From Mobula birostris (taxonomy: Eukaryota), in the NCBI RefSeq assembly GCF_030028105.1, contig NC_092382.1:42440246-42504245 (forward strand): DNA of 64,000 nt. The letters are read 5' to 3'. The position numbers were made by a program, and so were the translations under genes. The notes below the pieces were generated by a model, which saw nothing but the letters and a program-made list of their open reading frames with translations, made no database searches and was not told the origin of the DNA. Positions 1-11,074 of the stretch are shown one piece after another. The stretch's first letter is position 1, and each line of letters begins with the position of its first letter.

Positions 1-1890
1 CTCCTCACTGTGTTAATGATATATCTAACTTTAGTTTTTGCCTTTCAAACTGCAGGGTGTATTCCATCATATTAAGATCAATGTCGCCTTAACGTTCCAT
101 TACGTTATGTTCCCTGTACAAAATCTGGTTCAGTACATCCGGCCCATTCATAATTGCTTTTCCTCTAGTGTGTTATTTAAAAAGATGCTCCAAAAAGCCG
201 TTTTCTAGGAATTGTACAAATTCCCTCTCTTGGGATCCAACACCAATCTCATTAAATGAAAAAAAAAAAGATAATTGGAAATTGAAATACCCATCGTAAT
301 ATCGTAACATTGTCGTTATTGCATGCATTTTCTATCTCGTGTTTGTAATCTGTATCCAAGGCCCTTTCCACAAATCCAGTGTTACCCGTTTTCGAAGATA
401 AGGCCTTTCCCACTTATGAACAATTTAGAGTTTCTTTTGGCCTTTCTGTTGGTCTGGAATTTTACTGTCATCATTACGCAGCTGGGCTCAATTTTGAATT
501 TTCGGCCCTTAGAGAAAATAACCCATGCTGTCCATGTGCATGAACATATAATTTCCTCGGCTACATTCTTTCTGTCAGTTCTTTACTCATTCTCCCAATC
601 TGCCTGAGTCCCTCTGCAGACTGTCTGCCTCATCATCAATACGTGCCCTCCATTGAACTTTGAATTTTAATCTCCAACTTTTCTATCATGCATGTGCCCA
701 CCTAAGAGTCTCTTAAGTCCCCCTAATATATCTAGATAGGTAGATAGATAGATATGCTTTATTAATCCCGAGGGACATTTGGTTTCTTTACAGCCGCACC
801 AACCAAGAATAGAGCGTAAATATAGCAATACAAAAAAAACACAACAATCAAACAACAAAATGCAAACTATGCCAGATGGAAAATAAGTCCAGGACCAGTC
901 TATTTGGCTCAGGGTGTCTGACCCTCTACGGGAGGAGCTGCATGTTCGATGGGCCCAGGCAGGAACGACCTCCCGTGCCGCCAAGTGTTGTATCACGGTG
1001 AAATGTGGCCGAAGTTCAACAGTAAAAAGTCCAATATCCAGTCTGCAAACACGTTCCTCAATCGTAATACGCCCCGGATTGCACCATCCGTTGTTAGCCA
1101 GAACAGTAAACACCCAACTCCTTCACGCTTACCGCTCTCAGTGCACTTCCGGTCAGGCGGAATGGTGTTACCCACCGAACTCCTCTTCTCCAGAAGTCTC
1201 TGTTGTCTCGACCCGGTCTTCTTTCCTCGGCTTTGTGATCCCCCTCTGCATCCTCTGTGTGTTTTCCTCCAGATTTCAGCAGGGGTGACCGCCGCTCTGC
1301 TCGCTAAACCGGCCGGTATTTGCTGGTCCGTGGAATACACAATGCGACCTTGCTTCTGTCCCGCGTGTCGGGATGTAACCATTTCCAGCGCTAAAGAAAA
1401 CTCATATAAAACTCCCTCTATCAGCATGTTAGAGAGGGTGCAGCTTCCATGTGTTACGGTGAGAGAAAAAAAAACAAAAAAATAACGTAAATTAAAAAGT
1501 AAGAAGAAGAAAGTAAGAATAGATCGGAACGGCTGTACCAGGCTGCAAGCACGACCGGTGCATGCGCACTAGGGATATATCTGGTTGTATAAGAACATAT
1601 CTGCTCCTACAACCACACCGGCAGGCTGTGTGAAACGTCTGCCCTATGCTTTCCATCAATCCCCTTTTTCATACATACCCTATTTACGCCTCTATCTATC
1701 GTCCCTTATTCCCATTCACTCTGAAGAGGAAAACCCAAACTCGCTCTATGTATGCTCAGAAGATATGCTCTCTCATCCAGGCAACATCCTGGAAAATTCC
1801 CACTGCGTGCTCCTGAAAGCTTTGTATAATGTGGCAATATGAACTGAACACAAGTTCGGTAAAACCAGGGTTTTACGGAGTTATAAAATT
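1..1890 (-). mobile_element. Decayed CR1-type LINE fragments (endonuclease region, RT C-terminus, 3' end), split by the 734-1596 insert
   Basis: Minus strand near 190-240 reads GSQEREFVQFLENGFLEHL, typical CR1 endonuclease text. The CR1 3'-end sequence 'cccctaatatatct...gctcctacaaccac' rejoins across the insert. Confidence 0.6.
734..1596 (-). mobile_element. Short internally deleted Rex1/Babar-type LINE derivative
   Basis: Minus ORF pieces RKTHRGCRGG and NNGWCNPGRITIEERVC..LRP (ORF start and APE endonuclease) are fused directly to a 3' UTR with AATAAA and a (CTAT)n tail. Flanked by ATATCT (728-733 and 1597-1602); ATATATCT also at 726-733 and 1575-1582. Confidence 0.65.
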
Positions 1891-2194
1891 ATCTTAGACC
1901 ATAGACCATAAGACATAGGAGCAGTCTTGAGCCATATAGTCCATAAAGTAATCTCCACGGTCAATTAATGCTGATTTCTTACATATCTTACATCCTTCAT
2001 ATGCCTGGCAATGATACCGCCAGTCCGGATACTCTCAATTGCGCCTGTGCAAAAAGCCGTTATGATTAAGCCCATACCAAACTTCTTCAATCAATGAAAT
2101 GAAAGAGGCTACTGGACAAGACCTAAAGAATCTGTAGAAGGTTGTAAATTTAATCAGCTCCATATTCGGCACTAGCCGAGAAAGTACCCAAGGG

Positions 2195-2610
2195 CATCTT
2201 TAGGGAGCGGTGTCTCAGGAAGGCAGCGTCCATTATTGAAAACCTCCAGCACCCAGGGCATGCTCGTTTCTCCCTGTTACCATCAGGTAGGAGATACAGA
2301 AGCCTGAAGACACACACTCAGCGATTCAAGAACAGCTTCTTCCCCTCTGCCATCTGATTCCTAAATGGACATTGAAGCTTTGGACACTACCTTACTTTTT
2401 TAATATACAGTATTTCTGTTTTTGCACTTTAAAACAAATCTATTCAATATACGTAATTGATCTACCTCTTTATTCATTATTATATATTTTCTATTATTTT
2501 CTCTCTCTCCGCTGGATTATGTATTGCATTGAACTGCTGCTGCTAAGTTAACAAAATTCACGTCACATGATGGTGATAATAAACCTGAATATGTTTCTGA
2601 ATCTGATTGT
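2195..2610 (+). mobile_element. Rex1/Babar LINE 3' fragment
   Basis: Encodes HPGHARFSLLPSGRRYRSLKTHTQRFKNSFFPSAI, the conserved Rex/Babar C-terminus, then a 3' UTR ending 'gataataaacctgaat...tctgaatctgatt'. Confidence 0.75.
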
Positions 2611-2649
2611 GCGTTTTCACCACACAGCCGGTATTTCCGGAGCATGTGA

Positions 2650-3915
2650 ATACTGCTACCTCAGATTTACACATACTGTACCCAATCAAATTTCAAGTTG
2701 AACTCAATCACATTCTGATCAATGCCTCCTCAGGGCGCATTTACTTTCAGGTACCGAGTCGCCTTCGTGTCATTACATAACACTCAATCCAGTAAAGCTG
2801 ATGCTCTGAAAATGCCATCTCGTAGCGTTCAACAAACTGACTTCGTTGAAATTATTTTCCGAACTGATTTTACCAATCGTCCTGCATATTAAAATCTCCC
2901 AGGACTATCATAACATTGACCATTTGACATGACTTTTCTATTTCCCACCGTAATCTGTCATCTGCATCCCAGCTACTGCGTATAACTTCCTTACGGGTTG
3001 AGTTACAAAGATGTGACGTACGATCGGACGATATTGAATCCTTACGGGTTGAGTTAAGACATTGCAAGGGTTCGTTTACCCCTGCAATTCCTTAACCCAG
3101 CCCGTAACGTTTGAATATCTTCCGATCCTATGTCACATCTTTCTACTGATTTGATGTCATTCTTACCAGCGGAGCCACGCAAGCCCCTCTGCCTCCCTTC
3201 CTATCCCTCCTAAACTATGTGTAACCTTGAACTTTCAACTCCCATCTACAACTACCTTTCAGCCATGATTCAGTGATGGCCACCACATCATAACTGACAA
3301 TTAGCAACTATGGAACAATATCATCTACCTTGTTTCCTATACTCCGTGAACTGAGATATAGCACTTTCAGTGCCGTATTTGTTCTCGTTTTTGATTGTGC
3401 ATTCCTAATGCACTGATGCTCACCCTGCTGACTGCAATTTTGGCTTATCATCTGCTGCTCTTCCTAAGAGTCTGACAGCACGCTTAAAAAAAAACATCCG
3501 TCCTACCGTGAGTCCATTCATCAAGGTCCCACACACTGTCAAATTAGATTAAATCCTCCCGAACAGTTCCATCAAATGGGACAACGAGAATATTGCCCCT
3601 CCCTGCGACATGTGCAACTTTTCACTTTTCTACAGGTCATTAATTCCCCAGATGAAATCCCAAATGTAAAAAGTAGCGAGCCCAATAGACTCCCAATTGG
3701 AACACAACTGGGTGCCTGCATTCAACAAGAAACGGCTTACTTTAGTCCCACTCTTTGCATCCGACCAAGTAGCTACTGTTCTATCCATGCTAGAATGTTT
3801 CCTGTAATACCACGGGCTCGTACTTTGTTCACCAGCCTCATAAGTGGCATCTTGTCAAAGGGCTTCAGAAAATCTATGTATATTGCATCATCGAATTCTC
3901 CTTTGACTAGTCTGC
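2650..3915 (-). mobile_element. CR1 LINE fragments (endonuclease and RT start)
   Basis: Minus ORF WEIEKSCQMVNVMIVLGDFNMQDDW contains the GDFN APE motif. Similar to other CR1 copies in the window. Confidence 0.7.
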
Positions 3916-4818
3916 TTATTATTTTTCAATTATTTATGCAAATTGGCATAGGAACAAAAAGATCTGATCGCAGTTCAAGGATTAGTGTGGGAGCAGTGGG
4001 TTTGAATTCATGGGAAATTGACACCAGTATTGGGGAAGAATGGAGATGTGCCTATGGGACGGGCTCCAGCTGAAACGTGATGTGACCTGGATACATAATT
4101 AGGGCTGTGGACATGGCTTTAAACTAAATTGCAAGAGGGTGTGTTCAACAATTTGGATAAGTATGCATAAAGTAATAAAAAGAAAAGTGTCGATAAAATA
4201 AGTAAATGCAAAAGATAAAAAAGGGAAAAGTATGGAGTATCGAACAGTCAAGCACAAAAGAGCAAATGATTAAAATATCAGTGTCAGGGCAATTCATTGG
4301 AATTCCTGCAGTATTCGAAATAAGGTCAATGAACTTGCGGCACAGAACCAAGGGGTACTATTTAGTGTCTGTCACAGAGACGGCTGCAAGGTGATGAGGA
4401 TAGGGTATTAAATATCCAAGTATATAAGGTAATACGGATGGATAGACAGAAAAGTACGGGAGGTGGGATAGCGCTCCTATTCAAAGATGAGTTCAGGGCT
4501 ATAGTGAGAGGCGATGCAAGATTTGAGGAGCCGAATATTGAATCCATCTGGGAAGTGATTAAGAAAGGGAAAACATCACTCGTGGGAGTTGTCTGTCGGT
4601 CACCGAATAATAACATTACAATGGCAGAGCAATAAACAGGGAAATATCTGAGGCATGTAAGAACGGACAGCAGTTATCATGGGGGTATTTTACTTGCACG
4701 TAGATTGAGCAAATGATTGGGCGAGGCAGTCCGGAGGAAGATTTCACAGAGTGCAACCTTAATGGTTTTCTTGAACAATACCACACAATGAAAAAAAAAG
4801 AACAGAAAGAGTGTTACT

Positions 4819-4975
4819 CTTACTCACTCATCTTTCAGTTAGTCCAGACGAAGGGTCTCTGCCTGAAACGTCGATTGCATCTCTTTCAATAGATGCTGCC
4901 TGGCCCGCTGCGTTCACCAGAATTTTTTATGTGTGTTGCTTGAAATTCTAGCATCTGTAGATTTCCTCGTGTTTG
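4819..4975 (+). mobile_element. Penelope-like element terminal-repeat fragment with a mutated hammerhead (CAGACGA core)
   Basis: Closely matches 55205-55362. Confidence 0.8.
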
Positions 4976-6420
4976 CGATAGAAAAAATGTTGTTTTTTTT
5001 TTGATAATTTTATAAATCGGAAAAGGTTAGCTAAAGTGAATGGATGTCCCCTGGATGTTGGGAAGGGGGGAATTGATGTCGGGTAATCAGGAAATACCCG
5101 AGGCTTGGAATGACCATTCTGTGCCTGTCTTCACCGTTGAGCACACATCTAATATACCAAAGAGAGCTGTTATGGATGAGATAGGAGGTAAGGACCTCGA
5201 TATAACCGATAGCAAGAAAGAGGTGGTGCTGAACAAACTTGATCAGGGTCCCTCGGAACTGAAAAAAATGGTAGAAGTTATAGTAGATGCTTACCAAAAT
5301 GTACTGGACTCTGAGCAGCTCCCCGTAAAACGGAAGACGGCAAATGCCACGTCACCATTAAAAAAAAAAGGATATAGGCAAAAGGCATGTAACTATAGGC
5401 CAGTTAGATTAACATCCGTAGCTGTGAAAATGTTTGAAGCCATCATTAGCAAAGAAATAGCGAAACATCTGGAAACAGATGGATCCATCAGGCAGACGCG
5501 GCATGGATTCAGGGAAGGTAGGCTTCGCTTGAGAAACTTACTGGAGTTATTTCATAATTTAACGAGCCCAGTGGATAGAGGGGGCAGATGGACGTTATTT
5601 ACTCGGAGTTCCGGAAGGCGTTTAATAAGGTAAAACATGAAAGACATACATGGGATAAGGATGCATAGAGTTGGGGTGCTGTATTAGCATGGATAGAGGA
5701 TTGATTAACTCAGAGGAAAACAGAGAGTCGGTATACGTAGATATTACTCTGTTTGGCAATCAGTTGTTTGCAGTTTGCCGCAGGGGTCGGTGCTGGGTCC
5801 GCAACTGTTCAGGATGTACATGAGCGATCTGGAAGAGGGGAAGGAGTGCAGTGTGTCTACGTATGTTGATAATACTACACTGAGAAGAAAATACAATTGT
5901 GCAGAAGATACGGAGAGTCTGCAGAGAGATATAGACAGCTTATGTGAGTCGGCAAGGGTCTGACTGGCGGACTACAATTTTGCTAAATGCGAGGTCATCC
6001 AATTTGCAAGGGAAAATGGAAGAGCAGATTATTATTTAAATGTAAAAATAATGCAGCATGCTGCTGTGCAGAGGGACTTAGGAGTGATCGGGCATGAATC
6101 AGAGAAGGTTGGAGTGCAGGTGAAACAGGCTATCAAGAAGGCAAAAGGAATGCTGGTCTTCATTGCAAGAGGGATTCAATTTAAGAGCTAGGAGGCCATT
6201 CTGCAACTGTACAGGGTATGATCAGCTTCACCTGGAGTACTGTGTGCAGGTTTAGTCTCCTTATTTGAGGAGGAATATACTGGAGTTGAGCGCCCTGCAG
6301 AGGAGATTCCACAGATTGAATCCAGAGATGAGAGGGGTGAGACGATGAGGCGAGATTGAGTTGCCTGGGACTCTACTAGCTGGAATTATGAAAGCGGCTA
6401 AATTAATCCTCTATAAGATA

Positions 6421-6506
6421 AACAACAGGAATTCTGCAGATGCTGGAAATTCAAGCAACACACATAAAAGTTGCTGGTGAACGCAGCAACTTTTATGTGT
6501 GTTGCT
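6421..6506. repeat. PLE terminus micro-insertion forming a perfect 23-bp hairpin, with a 14-bp target-site duplication
   Basis: Arms at 6454-6476 and 6484-6506, loop GTGAACG. CTCTATAAGATAAA at 6409-6422 and 6505-6518. The sequence is the reverse complement of the PLE end at about 55296-55362. Confidence 0.85.
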
Positions 6507-6849
6507 CTATAAGATAAAGGCGGGATGGTTGTTTGCACTGATAAGCGAGAGTACAACGAAGGGATATAGCCTCAAATTCGTCGGAATAATTTAGAACAGG
6601 ATGAAGAGGAAATGTTTTTTCCCAGAAAGTGGAGAATCTGTGGAATTCTCAGCACAATGGAGGCGCGGAGTCTACCTCAGTAAATATTCTTTAAAACAAG
6701 TTTGGATAGATTTTTATATAGTAGGGGAATTAATTGTTATTGCGGAAAGACAGGTAGGTGGAGATGAGTCCATGAACTCATTGAATGGTGGAGCGGGATC
6801 GACCATCAGAGGCCGACACCTGCTGCTATTTCTTATCTCTTTATGTTCA

Positions 6850-7870
6850 AAGAATCCAACAGATTTTTAGGCAAGATTTTCCATTGAGAAAACTATTTTC
6901 TGACTAAGGCGTTTTTTTTCATGTGCCTTAAAGTACCCAGAGACCTTATCCTTATTAATCGACTCCAACGTCTTGTCAAGCCCTGAGGTCAAAGTAATCG
7001 CCTACAGATTCCTTTCTTAAGCCTCCCTCTCCCTTTTTGAAGAGTGGTTACGATTTGCCATTTTACAGTCTTCCGCAACCATTGCAAACTTTACTTATTC
7101 TAGTACTATATCATTACTAATTCCTCCAGAATCTCTTCAGCCACCTTTTTCAGAACCCTAGAGTATGCACCATCTGGTCTAGACGATTTATCTACCTTCA
7201 GCATTTTCAGCTTCACCAAACCCTATTCTCTGTCAATGGCAACTTCATGACGCCTGACAAATGGAGCATCTAGCAAAGTGCTACTGTCTTCCACAGTGAC
7301 AGTAGAGACTTTGTACATCTCCCATCAGCTATTTTTCACCATTGCAGTTCCTGAGTTCTATCCACAATGATTCAACACCTTCCAACCATATGTTACTCCT
7401 TTCAATTCTACTTGCAGATATTCGCTGCCCCCTCTGCGTTTCTGTCTCTCCTCTGGATACAATCTGTAACTTGGACATTTAGTTCACAGCTGTCATCTTC
7501 TTTCAATCATGATTCATTATGTCCATAACATAAGACCAGAGGACCATAAAGCATCGGAGCAGAATTAGGCTATGTGGCCCATCGAATCTGCTCGGCTATT
7601 CAAGAATGGGTGATCCTTTCATTTGTCTCCTCCTCTACACCAGTTCCCGGCCTTCTTCCCATAACCTTTGACGTCATGTCCAGTCAAGAACTTATTAATC
7701 TCTTCCTTAAATACACCCCGTCAGCTGACCTCCACAGTCTGCTGGTAACAAATTTCACAGATCCGCCACCCTATAGTTAAAGAAATCTCTCCGACTCTCT
7801 ACTTTGAAAGTGCTCCCCTCTAATGAGGTTGTGCCCTGTAATTCTAGACTCTCCCTACATGGGAAATATC
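6850..7870 (-). mobile_element. CR1 LINE fragments and CR1 3' tail
   Basis: Antisense RT-region text (cf. 32650-32950) and the typical 'cataagacca...ggagcagaattaggc' CR1 tail. Confidence 0.6.
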
Positions 7871-8092
7871 TTTAGAACGTCATTAGGACCAATCATCGTA
7901 AGTCTTACACAGTGAGCAGTACGACACTGAGGAACAAAGTCATCTGGCAGCACGGTTCTTAATTTATTGAAGCTGGTGTCACAAGTTGATAGGGTGGAGT
8001 GCCTGAACTGTGCTACCGCTTTCTATTGAAATTCCTGTTTGAGATTCTAGTGAAAGGAATACATATTTACAACTTTCTTTATCACCCCCCAG

Positions 8093-8214
8093 GATATCTG
8101 ATGCAAAACAATGGACTATTTCTCCTTTCACTCACCAGAGATGGAAATACTACAATGTACTTGATGCTTCCCGAAGAACATTGGGAAAACCCTCCAACAC
8201 CAACGAACCCACAA
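8093..8214 (+). CDS. Internal coding exon of a divergent SOUL/heme-binding protein (HEBP2-like) gene
   Basis: Polypyrimidine acceptor 'ctttatcaccccccag|' and donor '|gtaagg'. Phase 1 to 0, encoding (G)YLMQNNGLFLLSLTRDGNTTMYLMLPEEHWENPPTPTNPQ. The ..P.EH...PP.PTNP segment fits the SOUL family. Confidence 0.7.
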
Positions 8215-8867
8215 GTAAGGACCATCTGCTACCTGATCAGACGTTATATTGTGTCCGGCCCGCAGGCCGAGGGCGGAATGTGGTCGGGAACTAGATGAGG
8301 ATGCTTTCACTGCAGGATGATGGTTAATTGATTGCATGTGTTTCCGCTACTGAAGTTAGGGACAAGATTGGGGTTCGAGGAAAGCTAGCGTCGGCCCATG
8401 TGTGGGATAATCAATGTTTTCCAGTCCGGTGAGGAATTCTGCACCACATAACGCTTTTGCTATTCATTATTAAGGGAAAGGATTTTGGTTCAATGAAAGG
8501 CAAACGATAAAGGACGCCGAATTCAGCACCGTTACCTTATGGGGAAATTACACCTGACAAATTAGTTGGATTTCTTTAAACAGGCAGGTTTAACAAAGGC
8601 GAGTCAATGGCCAGACTAGGGTTAGTGGCTGTAGTGAACCAGAATGGTGGGGGCGTTGGGGGGTTTGGTCTCATCTGGAATTTTCCGGGATGCCGAAGAG
8701 GCGAGAAGGAAACGTGTCGCCGTTCAGTAGAGTGGGATGTATGTGAAAGAAACCGGAGGGGATCTCTGATATAACCTTACATCTGACTGAATGGCAGTGC
8801 AGCGTCGATAGAAGGGTGTGTATCGGAATTTTTCTGTTGCAATTTCTACGATGTTTTTATCTTGCAG

Positions 8868-9016
8868 GCATTTATAACTCGTTTCCCGACAATGTACGTT
8901 TTTGCCAGTAGGATTCGTCGGAGTTTCCTGAAACAGGCAAATGACTTCAATCTTATGCTCACTGAGCAGAAAGCCAATTTCAACAACTCCTTCTTCTTCG
9001 TAGCTTTATGCAAAAG
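8868..9016 (+). CDS. Next coding exon of the SOUL/HEBP2-like gene
   Basis: Acceptor 'tttttatcttgcag|' and donor '|gtaggt'. Phase 0 to 2, with no stops: AFITRFPTMYVFASRIRRSFLKQANDFNLMLTEQKANFNNSFFFVALCK. It joins the 8093-8214 exon in frame and matches the SOUL V.I...P.M.VYV and F....Y/F.A pattern. Confidence 0.7.
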
Positions 9017-9105
9017 GTAGGTCACACACCGAGGCGTATAGTTGAGTATGTTGTGCAGCTAATGCATAACGGGGCACAGAACATTCTCTCCTCGCCGTTT
9101 GGCAG

Positions 9106-9216
9106 AAGGGAGGGTGAGCTTCTCAAATTTTCCTAGCAGAGTTCTGAACAATTGTGCTGACTTCAATTTTTGTGATTCCGTAATTCAAAGTACTTCGAAA
9201 TGTCATCCTCAATAAA
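9106..9216 (+). CDS. Candidate terminal exon of the SOUL-like gene (RREGELLKFS*, stop 9134-9136, AATAAA 9211-9216)
   Basis: Acceptor 'tctcctcgccgtttggcag|', phase compatible, with a polyA signal downstream. Lacks the canonical R(H/R)NEVW end. Confidence 0.4.
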
Positions 9217-9269
9217 CTCTTGTCAGTGACTAAGATAGGCGAAATGACATCTAATCTGTCGTCGACAAC

Positions 9270-10660
9270 CAGAAGATGTGGGAGCTTTTGTGCCATTCAG
9301 CGCTTCGGTTCTGTCCACCGATAATGGCTGATTTATTATCATTCTATCCTATTCCACTACCTTCTTCCTGTAAACTTTGATATCTTTGCTGAACAAGAGC
9401 CTATCAACCTTCACTTTATACTCGGCCTTTTCTCCTTGGAGCGACGGAGGATCAGAAGTGACCTGATAGAAGTGTATAAGATGATGAGAGGCATTGATCG
9501 TGTGGATAGTCAGAGGCTTTTTCCCAGGGCTGAAATGGCTGCCACAAGAGGGGACAGGTTTATGGTGCTTGGGAGTAGGTACAGAGGAGACTTCAGGGGA
9601 TAAGTTTTTTTTACGCAGAGCGCAGTGAGTGCATGAAATGGGTTGGCGGCAACAGTGGTGGAGGTGGATACGAATCGGATGTTTTAAGAGACTTTTGGAT
9701 AGGTACATGCAGCTTAGAAAAATAGAGGGCTACTGTTAACCCTGGTAACTTCTAAGGTAGGGACACGTTCTCCACAACTTTGTGGGCCGAAGGGCCTGTA
9801 TTGCACTATAAGTTTTCTATGTTTCTATGTTAAATGTCCACGAGTACATGTACTCCATGTCCACCTATGGCAATGAATTCCTTGGATTTAACACCCTCTG
9901 GTTGAAGAAATGCTTCATCATATCTCGTCTAATTGGACTCTTCTCTATTCTTAGGTTTTGCAATCTGGTCCACAATATCTCGGCCATTTAATACTCCGTG
10001 AGATCCCAGCTCATATTTCTAACCTCCTGTGAGTACAGGACCTGACCATCCAACTCTTCTCTGAAGATAGCACTTGCATTCCGACAGCATTCTAATGATC
10101 CTCCTCCTCACTCTCGCCAACTTCAGCACACCCTTTTCTCTATATGGGGTCCACCCCTCAAAGCAATACGCTTAATGTGGTATGGCCAATGATTTATAAA
10201 TCTTCAGCATTGCATCCTTGCTTTTACTTCTTAATCCTCTCGACATGAATGTTAACCCAGTATTTTCCATCCTTACTATCAACCGAACCTACATGCTAAC
10301 CTTTAGAGAATCCTACACGATAACACCAACATCTCTTTGCACATCTTATGAATGGATTTTCGCACCGTTAAGGAAGTTATTTGCGCCTTTAGTAATTCTA
10401 CCAAAGTGCATAACCATCAATTTCCTGACACTAAATTCCATCTGACAAATCCTTGCCCAATTTCCCAATCCGTTTTCGTACTTGTGAATTCTTCCGGCTT
10501 CCTCAAACGAGGCTCCCCCTCCACTAATGTTGGTATCGTATGCAAACGTGGAAGCAAAGCCAGCTATTCACTCATCCAAGTCATTTACATATTACGTGTA
10601 ACGACGCGATCCCAACACCACTTCCTGAGGAGCAGCACTATTAACCGCCAGCTAACCAGA
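9270..10660 (-). mobile_element. CR1 3' region (minus) containing a nested plus-strand CR1 3' end (about 9420-9830)
   Basis: The plus piece encodes GLFSLERRRIRSDLIEVYKMMRGID and ends in a (TTTCTATG)n tail. The flanks are antisense CR1 RT C-terminus. Confidence 0.75.
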
Positions 10661-10759
10661 TAAGTCTCCGTTTCTATCAGATAAGTCCCAGTTACTTTCT
10701 TTGGCTGCGGTCTCACGTGGGAGACAATATTCACCTTCAAGGATGGACCTTCTGATATT

Positions 10760-11065
10760 TCATTCTCCCGACCTACCTCCAGTCCAGTCAGCCTCCGAAT
10801 CTACGTTCAGGCCTTTCAGATTCCCGATCTAACTTCAGTCCATTCAACTTCCAACCTATGTTCGGCTTCCATATCAAGCTTCAAACCCTTTCACCTCCCA
10901 ATCTATCTTCAGTGATTTTGACCTCTCAATCTAACTTCAAACATATCAGCTTCCCGATCTACCTTGAGGCCTGTCAACAGACCAATCGACATATGCAGAC
11001 TTTTCTGTCTCTCCATTTAACTTCAGATCTTTAAACTTCCGGATCTAACTTCGGACGTTTCAGGT
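10760..11065. repeat. Degenerate minisatellite, unit about 27 bp (approx. CCCGATCTAACTTCAGACCTTTCAACTT)
   Basis: The motif 'gatctaacttcag / aatctatcttcag / aatctaacttcaa' recurs periodically. Confidence 0.6.
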
Positions 11066-11074
11066 TCTCTGAAG

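Larger units (their letters stand above)
4000..6850 (+). mobile_element. Decayed CR1 LINE ORF2 (APE + RT) with 3' end
   Basis: Motifs DRQKSTGGGIALL, NYRPVRLTSV, RHGFREGR and PQGSVLGPQLF..YVDNT; many stops and frameshifts. Confidence 0.85.
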
